Source of the DNA: Camelus ferus
Lineage: Eukaryota
Length of the DNA: 64,000 bases
Reading direction: 5' to 3'
NCBI RefSeq assembly: GCF_009834535.1
Contig: NC_045717.1
Coordinates: forward strand, 4,278,001-4,342,000
The stretch's first letter is position 1. Each line of letters opens with the position of its first letter. The position numbers and the translations under genes are program-made. The notes beneath the pieces are model-generated. The model saw only the letters and a list, made by a program, of their open reading frames with translations. It did no database searches and was not told the origin of the DNA. Shown here piece after piece: positions 11,936 through 22,519 of this stretch.

Positions 11936-12728
11936 GACCTCACATTTTATTTAGTAAATTTCTACTGTTTCTCGTTTCCTTTACTTCCTTTGGGCTTAAT
12001 TTGCTCCTCTTTTTCTAACTTCTTTTGGGAGATTCTTAAATTATTGATTTTCAAGCATTTTTCTCTTTAAATACCTTCATTTAAAGTTATACATTTCCTT
12101 CTAGGCACAGTTTTAGCTGTGGTCCATAACCATGTAATATATTCCTTAGCATTTAGGTCAAGATTTCTTATTTCCATTTTTTATTTCTTCTTTGACCAGT
12201 GGGTTATTTAGAAGCATGTTGCTTAACTTCTAAATGTCTCCAAATGTTGAAAAAATTTTTTTGGTTATTGATAACTAGGTTAATCCCATTATAGTCAGAG
12301 AACATACTAGGGATAATTTCACTCCTTTGGAATCTGTGAACATTTCCTTCATAACCCTGCAATGTGGCTAGTTTTGGTAAATCCATGTGCAGTCAAAAGA
12401 CATATTTTTCGATGATTTGGCACAGGTTTCTATGTATGTCAATTGGGTCAAATTTTTTTTAAACTTTTTTTATTGAGTTACAGTCATTTTAAAATGTTGT
12501 GTCAAATTCCAGTGTAGAGCACAATTTTTCAGTTATACATGAACATACAGACATTCATTGTCACATTTTCTTTTGCTGTGAGCTACCACAAGATCTTGTA
12601 TATATTTCCCCAATGCTACACAGTACAATCTTGTTTATCTATTCTATATTTTGAAATCCCAGTCTGTCCCTTCCCAACCTCCATCCCCCTGGCAACCACA
12701 AGTTTATATTCTATGTCCATGAGTCTGT

Positions 12729-12729
12729 T

Positions 12730-12784
<55 letters not shown>

Positions 12785-12788
12785 TTTT
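12729..12788. repeat. (TTTA)n tetranucleotide repeat inside L1 3' UTR
   Basis: Seen directly, adjacent to the ORF2 stop codon. Confidence 0.95.
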
Positions 12789-15700
12789 AGATTCCACATA
12801 TGAGTGATCTCATATAGTATTTTTCTCTCTCTTTCTGGCTTACTTCACTTAGAATGACATTCTCCAGGAGCATCCATGTTGCTGTAAATGNNNNNNNNNN
12901 NNNNNNNNNNNNNNNNNNNNNNNNNNNNNNNNNNNNNNNNNNNNNNNNNNNNNNNNNNNNNNNNNNNNNNNNNNNNNNNNNNNNNNNNNNNNNNNNNNNN
13001 NNNNNNNNNNNNNNNNNNNNNNNNNNNNNNNNNNNNNNNNNNNCATTTTGGAGTAGGGTTCCTTCTGGATACATGCCCAAGAGTGGGATTCCTGGGTCAT
13101 ACGATAANNNNNNNNNNNNNNNNNNNNNNNNNNNNNNNNNNNNNNNNNNNNNNNNNNNNNNNNNNNNNNNNNNNNNNNNNNNNNNNNNNNNNNNNNNNNN
13201 NNNNNNNNNNNNNNNNNNNNNNNNNNNNNNNNNNNNNNNNNNNNNNNNNNNNNNNNNNNNNNNNNNNNNNNNNNNNNNNNNNNNNNNNNNNNNNNNNNNN
13301 NNNNNNNNNNNNNNNNNNNNNNNNNNNNNNNNNNNNNNNNNNNNNNNNNNNNNNNNNNNTTCCTTGGAGAATTGCTTTTTTAGGTCTGCCCATTTTTGGA
13401 TTGGGTTGTTTTTTTTTTTCTTGTTAAGTCATATGAGCTGCTTATATATTCTGGAGATCAAGCCTTTGTCAGTTTCATCATTTGCAAAAATTTTCTCCCA
13501 GACGTAGGTTGTTGTTTTGTTTTGCTTATGGTTTCCTTTGCTGTGCAGAAGCTTGTAAGTTTCATTAGGTCCCATTTGTTTATTCTTGCTTTTATTTCTA
13601 TTGCTTGGGTAGACTGCCCTAGGAGAACATTTTTGAGATGTATGTCAGATAATGTTTTGCCTATATTTTCTTCTAGGAGGTTTATTGCATCTTGTCTTAT
13701 GTTTAAGTCTTTGATCCATTTTGAGTTTATTTTTGTGTGTGGTGTAAGGGAGTGTCCTAGCTTCATTGATTTCCATGCTGCTGTCCAGTTTTCCCAACAC
13801 CATTTGCTGAAGAGGCTGTCTTTATTCCATTGTATATTCTTGCCTCCTTTGTCGAAGATGAGTTGACCAAAAGTTTGTGGGTTCATTTCTGGGCTCTCTA
13901 TTCTGTTCTATTGGTCTATATGTCTGTTTTTGTACCAATACCATGCTGTCTTGATGACTGTAGCTCTGTAGTATTGTCTGAAGTCTGGGAGAGTTATTCC
14001 TCCAGCCTCTTTCTTTTTCTTCAGTAATGCTTTGGCAATTCTAGGTCTTTTGTGGTTCCATATACATTTTATTATGATTTGCTCTAGTTCTGTGAAATAT
14101 ATCCTGGGTAATTTGATAGGGATTGTATTAAATCTTTAGATTGCCTTGGGCAGTGTGACGATTTTAACAATATTGATTCTTCCAATCCAAGAGCATGGGA
14201 TAGTTTTTCATTTTTAAAGTCTTCTTTAATTTCCTTCATCAGTGTTTTATAGTTTTCCATGTATAAGTCTTTCACCTCCTTGGTTAGATTGACTCCTAGG
14301 TATTTTATTACTTTGGGTGCTATTTTAAAGGGGATTATTTCTTTACTTTCTTTTGCTGTTGATTCATCATTAGTGTAAAGAAATGCAACTGATTTTTGTA
14401 TGTTCATCTTGTAACCTGCTACCTTGCTGAATTCTTCGATTATTTCTAGTAGTTTTTGTGTGGACCTTTTAGGGTTTTCTATATATAGTATCATGTCATC
14501 TGCATATAGTGACACATTTTTCCTCTTCTTTTCCAATTTAGATCCCTTTTATTTCCCTCTCTTGCCTGATTGCTGTGGCTAGGTCTTCCAAGACTATATT
14601 GAATAGGAGTGGTGATAGTGGGTAGCCTTGTCTTGTCCCAGATTTTAGTGGGAAGCTTTTGACTTTTTCACCANNNNNNNNNNNNNNNNNNNNNNNNNNN
14701 NNNNNNNNNNNNNNNNNNNNNNNNNNNNNNNNNNNNNNNNNNNNNNNNNNNNNNNNNNNNNNNNNNNNNNNNNNNNNNNNNNNNNNNNNNNNNNNNNNNN
14801 NNNNNNNNNNNNNNNNNNNNNNNNNNNNNNNNNNNNNNNNNNNNNNNNNNNNNNNNNNNNNNNNNNNNNNNNNNNNNNNNNNNNNNNNNNNNNNNNNNNN
14901 NNNNNNNNNNNNNNNNNNNNNNNNNNNNNNNNNNNNNNNNNNNNNNNNNNNNNNNNNNNNNNNNNNNNNNNNNNNNNNNNNNNNNNNNNNNNNNNNNNNN
15001 NNNNNNNNNNNNNNNNNNNNNNNNNNNNNNNNNNNNNNNNNNNNNNNNNNNNNNNNNNNNNNNNNNNNNNNNNNNNNNNNNNNNNNNNNNNNNNNNNNNN
15101 NNNNNNNNNNNNNNNNNNNNNNNNNNNNNNNNNNNNNNNNNNNNNNNNNNNNNNNNNNNNNNNNNNNNNNNNNNNNNNNNNNNNCCAGTCCTGGACTTTT
15201 ATTTGTAGGGAGGTTTTTTACTGCTAATTCGGTTTCATTTCTGGTGATCGGTTTGTTCAAGTGGTCAGTTTCATCTTGGTTCAGTCTTGGTGGACTGTAT
15301 GTTTCCAGAAACTTGTCCATCTCCTCTAGGTTATCCATTTTGGTTCCATATAGTTTTTCATAATATTCTCATATGATATTCTGTATCTCTGTGTTATTTG
15401 TTGTAATTTCTCCATTTTCCTTCCTTATTTTGCTTATTTGTGCTCTCTCTTTTTTCTTCTTTGTGAGTTTGGCCAGAGGTTTGTCAATTTTATTTACTCT
15501 TTCAAATGTCCAGCTTTTGGTTTGATTGATTTTTTCTATTTTTTTTTTAATCTCTATTTTATTTATTTCCTCCCTGATCTTTATTATTTCCTTTCTTCTG
15601 CTGATTTTTGGGTGTTTTTCCTCTTCTTTTTCTAGTTCTTTTAGCTGGTGGGTTAGATTGTTTATTTGAGATTGTTCTTCTTTTTTGAGGAAGGCCTGAG

Positions 15701-15988
15701 TCAGTATAAACTTCCCTCTTAGCACTGCCTTTGCTGTGTCCCATAAGTTTTGTGTGGTTGTGTTTTCATTTTCATTTGTCTCAAGGCATTTTTTAATTTC
15801 AACTTTGATTTCATCATTGACCCACTGGTTTTTTAATAGCATGTTGTTTAATCTCCATTTTTTCCTCCTTTGTTTCTCTGTAGTTGATTTCTAGTTTCAT
15901 GGCATTGTGGTCAGTAAAGATGCTTGAGATAATTTCTATCTTCTTAAAATTGTTGAGGCTTCTTTTGTGCCCAAGTACATGATCAGTC
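12787..15988 (-). pseudogene. Disrupted L1 ORF2 (end of endonuclease, RT, C-terminal domain)
   Basis: Peptides DHVLGHK...[66 protein letters not shown]-like WNKDSLFSKWCWENW, TWMLLENVILSEVSQ. In-frame stops at about 15369 and 14538, plus frameshifts. Confidence 0.95.
12891..15184. other. Three assembly gaps inside the young L1 (12891-13043, 13108-13360, 14674-15184)
   Basis: Runs of 153, 253 and 511 N. Confidence 1.
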
Positions 15989-16544
15989 TGGGTCAAATTT
16001 GTTAAACATGTTGTTTAGGTAGTCTACATTTTTATGTTTTTTTTTTTTTTTTTTTTTTTGTGCATTGCTTATTCTTTCAGTTATTGAATGAGGTGCTTAA
16101 GTTTCTTTTATTATTCAAAGCAATAGGGAAATTAGTCATTTTAAATAGGTAATTGGTCATGTAAAACAAGCGACCAAAAGTTACATAAACATGTCTGAAG
16201 CATTTTATTTTTCTTTGTAGCATGTGGGTATACATTGTTGCTAAGCTTAGATATGGAGTCCAGGTCTTTCCTTCACAGTTTTGTGTTGTCTTGCCTCTGG
16301 TGAGAGGCTTAAGCCTAGGTGTTTTCATGAGTCTACTTGATTCATGAGGAATTCACTTGTCTCTTCCCTGCCAAGTGATGAGCATGGCATGCTGGGTCTC
16401 CACTCTTCTGACTCTCCAGTTAGCTTCTCTCATGCTCAGGTAGCCACCTGCAGGACACGCAAGTCCACAGGGCCGAATGTTTATTAGTCTAAGCCAAGTG
16501 GTTAGTTCTCAGACTTCAGAGTGCATCTGAATCACCTGTAGTAT

Positions 16545-16700
16545 ATACACTACAACTTCTTTATCCAGTCATCTGTCAATGGACATTTAGGTTGCTCCCA
16601 TATCTTGGCTATTGTAAATAGTGCTGCTGTGAACATTGGGGTGCGTGAATCTTCTTGAATTAGAGTTTTCTCTGGATATATGCCCAGGTGTGGGATCGCC
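16545..16700 (-). mobile_element. L1 ORF2 3' fragment
   Basis: ttctttatccagtcatctgtcaatggacatttaggttgc...tggctattgtaaatagtgctgctgtgaacattggggtgc. Confidence 0.85.
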
Positions 16701-17183
16701 AAAGCATTTCTTTAGGTGTTTTCTTCACACCCAATTAGGGTCCCCTTCCTAAGAAGAGTTCTGATGCCAACTTTGATAATCCTTTTTTTTTTTTTTAAAT
16801 TGAAGTATAGTTGATTTACAATGTTGTGTGAGTATCCCCCCCCCTTTTTTTTTAATCACCTTGTGACTGTGGGTTCAAAGTCATGTGAAAATCTGGGGCA
16901 AAGTAATCGCAGAAGGTTCAGAAAGTTGAGAAAGTTGCAAAAGCCCTGGAACGTGGCATTGCCTGGCTGTGCTGTGACCTGGTCCTCCTTTGCAGGCCTG
17001 GAGGTTCTGGCCGTGACCCTCAGAAGGCCTTAGATCGGCAGGGGATAGATTCACTTCTCCTAGGTCCAGGCCATGTATTCTCAGCAGGTGCAGTCTTACT
17101 CCAAGGGAATGAAAATTAGGTCTTGGAGGGAGGGAAAAGTCTTCTTACTCTTTTTATGTATAAAGCAGAGATATACATCAGTG

Positions 17184-17188
<5 letters not shown>

Positions 17189-17243
<55 letters not shown>

Positions 17244-17252
17244 TATATATAT
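17189..17252. repeat. (AT)n/(AC)n microsatellite
   Basis: Seen directly. Confidence 0.95.
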
Positions 17253-17404
17253 GTATGGTACATTGGTGGTATTAGAATTTTATGGGGGAGTGGTTAAGTA
17301 ATAATGTCTAAAAAGGCTCTAGATGAGGGGTGATAATTTTTTTTATATGGTTTGCAAATATTTTCTCCTATTCCATATGTTGCTTGCTTTTCTAAAAATA
17401 ATTA

Positions 17405-17633
17405 TTCTTATTTTTAATTGAAATGTAGTCAACATACAGTATTAGTTTCAGTCGTACAGCAAAGTAATTCAGTTATACATATACATACATACATACATAG
17501 ACACATTTTCAGTTTCTTTTCCATTACGGCTCATTATAAGAAATTGACTATAGTTCCCCATGCTATACTGTAGGTCCTTTTGGTTTATCTATTTTATATA
17601 CAGTTTGTTTTCTATGTCCGTGAGTCTATTTCC
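17405..17633 (-). mobile_element. L1 3' end running into an N-gap (17634-17818, 185 N)
   Basis: tttttaattgaaatgtagtcaacatacagtattagtttcagtcgtacagcaaagtaattcagttatac. Confidence 0.85.
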
Positions 17634-17829
17634 NNNNNNNNNNNNNNNNNNNNNNNNNNNNNNNNNNNNNNNNNNNNNNNNNNNNNNNNNNNNNNNNNNN
17701 NNNNNNNNNNNNNNNNNNNNNNNNNNNNNNNNNNNNNNNNNNNNNNNNNNNNNNNNNNNNNNNNNNNNNNNNNNNNNNNNNNNNNNNNNNNNNNNNNNNN
17801 NNNNNNNNNNNNNNNNNNAAGGCTGCAAG

Positions 17830-18100
17830 ACACTGATTTGGATGACCCTCCCTTTGGGGTAGCCTCAGTAAGTGACACCACCCAGAAATCTTAGTGTCAT
17901 CCTTGATGACTCTTTTCTCCAACAAGTCTCAAAGGTCCCAGAATAGATCCCCAGTTTTAATCATCTTTCCCAGTTTCATGTCCAGACTCGTCCCAAGCCA
18001 CTCTTCCCTCTCCCCTTCACTCCCAGGGCTTGCCTTGCCTCCCTGTCCTTGGGACAATGAAAGAACTTGTGTTTATTTACCTGTGGCCTCCTCTGCCCCT
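17830..18100 (+). mobile_element. L2 fragment
   Basis: cccagaaatcttagtgtcatccttgatgactcttttctcc matches L2. Confidence 0.6.
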
Positions 18101-18104
18101 AGAC

Positions 18105-18250
18105 CAGGGGTAGGCAAACTAAGGATGCTTGTAAAGTGTTATGGGAACATAGCCCTGCCCATTCATTTACCTGGTGTGTCCCAATAAGTAGTTGTGACAG
18201 AAACTGTATGGCTTGCAAATTCTAAACTATTTACTCTCTGGCTCTTATTA
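18105..18250. mobile_element. MER58A-like hAT-Charlie MITE (internally deleted)
   Basis: caggggtaggcaaacta...gtagttgtgacagaaactgtatggcttgcaaattctaaactatttactctctggc. Confidence 0.8.
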
Positions 18251-18279
18251 AAACAGTAAAAGCTGTGGATTATGAGCTA

Positions 18280-18395
18280 CTTAGGGCAAAAGACGGGCCT
18301 TATTTAGTACTGTTCCTGGTGCCCAACCACAAGCCTGGTGCAGAGTAGTCAGTGGATGTTGGTGGATGAACACCTGGATGGATGAATAAATGAAT
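18280..18395 (+). mobile_element. L2 3' end
   Basis: agggcaaaagacgggcct...gcctggtgcagagtagtc...gatgaataaatgaa terminal repeat. Confidence 0.7.
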
Positions 18396-18789
18396 ATGAT
18401 GCAGGCTCATTTGGTAGAGGGTGGACCCACCCAATGTGAAAGCCAGCAAGTCACTGACTTTTCTGCAAAAGTGCAGGCCACAGCTCAAGTTCAAATCCAG
18501 CAAAGCTCCCTTCCCAGCCTATTCCTGCCCTTATTTCTGCTATTTAATCTTTTGAGAAGATGGAAACTTTCCTTGTACAGCTCAGATGATTAAAAATGAA
18601 TTATCTAAGTACTACTCCCTCTGGGAATCCTGAGCAGAGCCTAATGTTGGTGCAGAAAAAAAGAAAAAAGAAATCCCTGGGTTAATGTTGATCTTCAGAA
18701 AGTGGAAGCATAGGTTGCATACACATCTGGGGCTTGTCCTGCTGCCATTAGTTATGATCTTGTTAAAAAGAACTCACTGCTGGGCTTTT

Positions 18790-19050
18790 TTAGACCTCCA
18801 GACTTTACAGCACCATGAGTAACTGTGAGAGCGGCCAACAGGAGTTGAGCACTTGCTATATTCCCAGACTTGGCTAGTGGCTGCTGTGTATTACAACATC
18901 GTGTGAGGTAGTTCTGATTACCACCCATTTTACAGCCCTGGAAACTGAGGCTCCAAGAGGGAAGCAACTTGTTCAAATTCGTACAGATGTCAAGTGGCAA
19001 AGCAGGGATTTGACAAGGTCTGTTGGACCGCTAATCCCATGATCTCTCTC
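18790..19050 (-). mobile_element. MIR
   Basis: ttacaacatcgtgtgaggtag...cccattttacagccctggaaactgaggctc...gggatttgacaaggtctg. Confidence 0.8.
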
Positions 19051-19599
19051 TTCAATCAGGAAATTAATCATGATAATAATAATAAAATCGGCTTGTTTAC
19101 TGGAAGCCAGATTCCGAAGACCAGGCTCCTTTGGAATAAACAAAGAGAAGAAGGAAGTTTCCTTAAACTAAGAAATGTGATTGCAGGATTTTAATGAAGT
19201 CCAGTGGAAATGGATTGGCTTTTAGGGTGGCGCCCATGCATGGGAGACATTCTCGAAGCACTGGTCTTCACGCCACTTGTCCAGTTCCCATGTCACTTGG
19301 CTGTCTTGCTTGCCTCCCTCTCTGGGAGAGGAGGGGAAATAGAAGAAAAGGCAGGAGTGGAAAGAAAAAAGGAGGGAACCTGAGAAACACAGGGTCATGG
19401 TCAACCCCCAGTCCCTCGAGAACTTTAAAAGTTTTGTCTCATAGAAAGGCACAATTCCACTCGTGGCTCCTATTATCACTTTACTCTGCTCGCATGCTGT
19501 TCTGCCATCCAGCAAGCATTCCCTCCTCTGCGGATGGCACCTTCTTGTCCTTTCGGAGAGTGGCGCCTCTCCTGCTCTTCTAGTGTGCAGGGGGCTCTG

Positions 19600-19960
19600 C
19601 CACTGCCCCGAACTCCAGGGGTGAGCTATGGCCCAGGTCTGTGTGATCATCTGCCTTACTACAGTGATTGGTTCAGAGCTGGGCACATGACCCAAGGCAA
19701 CGAATGGGACTCAGTTCTGAGACTGTTGTTGGAAAGCTGAACTTTTGTTCATTGGAGCTTCTAGAGGTACCGATGAGGTAAATCTGAATCTGACAAAGCC
19801 AACCCTAAAGAAAAAAAGAGCTGAGAAGTGGAAAGAGCACCCAGATCCAGCTATTCCTGAAGCTAATATGCTTCCTGGACTTTCAAATACCAGAGCCCAT
19901 AAATTCCCTGAACTCAGTTTGAATGGGGTTTCTGTCCATTTATAAGTTGTGACTAATAAG
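19600..19960 (+). mobile_element. MaLR solo LTR (MLT1K-like)
   Basis: cagtgattggttcagagctgggcacatgacccaa...ccagatccagctattcctgaagc...gactaata. Confidence 0.8.
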
Positions 19961-20264
19961 TAAATTGACTAGAATAACTTTCTTGCTCTCTTTTTCAGTT
20001 TCTTCAGTAAGAACAAAAAATTAGGATTCTTTGGCCAACAAAGTGAGGTGCTAAAACTATAAAATTAAAACTAAAATACTTACAAATTACTTTATCAAAT
20101 TTCATGTTCTATGTGCTCCTATGTAAATGCATATAATGCCTACTCTTCCATACATTGACCCAGTTATGTATGTATTTATATTCTAACTTATTTATTTATG
20201 CATATGGATTAAGTATGTATTATGTATTAATGTAGTAGGTTTCCTTCCTCATTTGCCTCCCTCT

Positions 20265-20500
20265 CTTCCTCCATCGGATGCCTGTTATGTGCCAAGCACT
20301 GTGTCAAGCCCTGGACTTAGCCAGATGAGTGAGCATGATTCTGCCCACAAGGAGCCCTTTGTCCAATGTGGTAAATATAGGCCAGAAAATCAGCAATTAG
20401 TGTAGAGCATGATGGGTGCTGTGATGGAGCAGGGCAGAGGACGAGTGTCTGGACTGGGGCAATGGTAGAGGAAGGGAATGGAAGGCTGCATAGAGAATTT
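20265..20500 (-). mobile_element. L2 fragment
   Basis: gcctgttatgtgccaagcactgtgtcaagccctgg...tctgcccacaaggagcc. Confidence 0.7.
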
Positions 20501-21403
20501 TTTTAAGGATGAGGAAGAGAAATCCATTTAGTGGGAACAGCAAGGCACAACTGAACGAGAGCTAGTCCCTCTGTGTGTCTGGAGCCACCACTTCGGTTAA
20601 AGCAGCTAAAGCAATTACCATGTGGTGGCCCCCTGCAGACAACATCCCCGGGCCCTCTTCTCGAGCTGCAAAAAGACCAATGGATTTGCTTTAACGGTTT
20701 GCAATGATCAAAATAATTGTTCTGCTTGTAACACTGGATTCTAAACATGTCCACCTCCAACGGCACAAATTCACCAAAACACAGCCTATGTATGAATCTG
20801 CGCCTGACACATGGATGCTTCACAAGTGTTTGTTGAGTGATGAAAGCTAAGAACATGTTCAGAAGACTGTTCTAAAATTAAACGTTGTTAAAATTCATAC
20901 CACGTGGCTAATAGCTCCTTTCCAGTGTTCGTATATTTCTTTTTACCTGAAATGTACACATTGATGAGATTTTAAAGGGATCCTGGATAGTTATTCAGGT
21001 CTTAAACTCCTCCCTTGCATGTCTTACTGTTAGGGAGGATGAAGAATGCTGGATAAATGAGAAGGAAAAGGAAGAAATCTTGCCCTCATTGAGCATTTCT
21101 GTGTGCTAATTTAGAGACATGATTTTGTTTAATTCTCATCACAGCCTAGGATGTAGGCAGCATTCTCCTGGATTTGCAGATGGACAGATGAAGAGGCCCA
21201 GGGACACAGCCGCAAAGGGCCAGGGCTTGTATTTAAACTCTGACTCATCTGACTTCAGAGCTGTTTTCCCCAACCCTTGGGAAGCTAAAATCTCTCTTCA
21301 AAGTCTCCATATAGGCACTTACAAAGAGGAACAGCATTCAACTCTCATCACCTTTTCTCACTGTTTCTTTTCTTTAATTAGAATTTTTTTGCGGGATAGT
21401 AAT

Positions 21404-21487
21404 TAGATTTATTTATTTTGTTAATGGAGGTAGTGGGGATTGAACCCTGGCATGCACTTTACCAATGAGCTATACCCTCCACCACCC
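21404..21487 (-). mobile_element. tRNA-derived SINE (vic-1-like), internally deleted
   Basis: tttatttattttgttaatggaggtagtggggattgaaccctggcatgcactttaccaatgagctataccctcc. Confidence 0.85.
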
Positions 21488-22519
21488 TCCGTTTCTTCTG
21501 TTTTTATTCATTCCTTAAAATTAATGTGCCTTGAGATACAAACTCTAACTTTCTTAGACACCTTTCTCTGCTTCTTCCTTTTTCTCTTGATGACACCTTA
21601 TCCTTGCTCTCTCACCTCTCACCTCTCTGCTTGTGAATTTGGATGTGACACCATGCCACATGGTGTGGGACCTTGGGACCTGGCTTCCTGAGTAGCCACC
21701 AAGGGGCCAAGGGATGCGTCAGGAAGTGTGTGTATGGGGTCATCTCCTTGTGGAGTCAGTCTTGGCCAATGAGAAGCAGGAGAAGGGGTGAGGTGTTGTA
21801 CTAAGTGTTGGGAATACTGTGATGACAAAAACTGGGCCCTGTCCTAGAGCGCAGGCCTGGCTGGCCATCAATAAAATGGATTGGATTTTGATTTTGGTGT
21901 GTATTGATTCATCCATCAATAAAACCAGTGTGTTTAACCGATATGTTGAACAAGCAAAGCTTGACTTAAAAAAAAAGTTCCCCTTTAGGATTCTGTAAAA
22001 GAGAGCAAGAACTGCAGATCTTTCGAGACCATATGAATGCAGCATCCTTCTGGGTTTTTAAGACTTTTAAGATTCTTACCCCCTCTGAATCTTTTACAGT
22101 TGGCTCACCCATGCCTAGTTCAACATCCATAATTTTGCCGTGTGTGGTTTGCTCTTATTTCTGAGCCTTTCCAAAGCCTTCAATTTAGCTTTCATTGAAG
22201 CAGCAATGAAACTTCCTTATCCCACTCATATTTAATTGGTTTTTATTATGTTTATTTTAATTAAGTAATTAGAAGAACAGTTCAAGTGGTCGCAACAGGC
22301 TTGAGAGCAAATACAACTCACTCTCGGTAAACAGACAGCTCAACTGGCAGGAGCATTAGAAAGAACACAGAGTACCGCAGGGCAGACCACGGCGGCGAGT
22401 GATGGCATCTCCGTGGGTGTCAGTCTGCACGCTTTGCAGGGGGAATGCTGAATTGGCTACGTGGAGTTGTTCTGGAGAAATTCTGCTGTGCCGGTTGAAA
22501 TGAGCCCTTTCCATCTTAC

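Larger units (their letters stand above)
12456..15988 (-). mobile_element. Young lineage-specific LINE-1, 5'-truncated (about 3.5 kb), with 12-bp TSD
   Basis: Poly-T and 3' UTR at 12456-12786, ORF2 over 12787-15988, TSD tgggtcaaattt at 12444-12455 and 15989-16000. Confidence 0.95.
11950..16110 (-). mobile_element. Old L1 ORF2 (EN/linker) fragment at 11950-12455 and 16001-16110, host of the young L1
   Basis: gttatacatttccttctaggcacagttttagctg ([11 protein letters not shown] region); continues seamlessly across the TSD as tgggtcaaattt|gttaaacatgttg. Confidence 0.75.
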
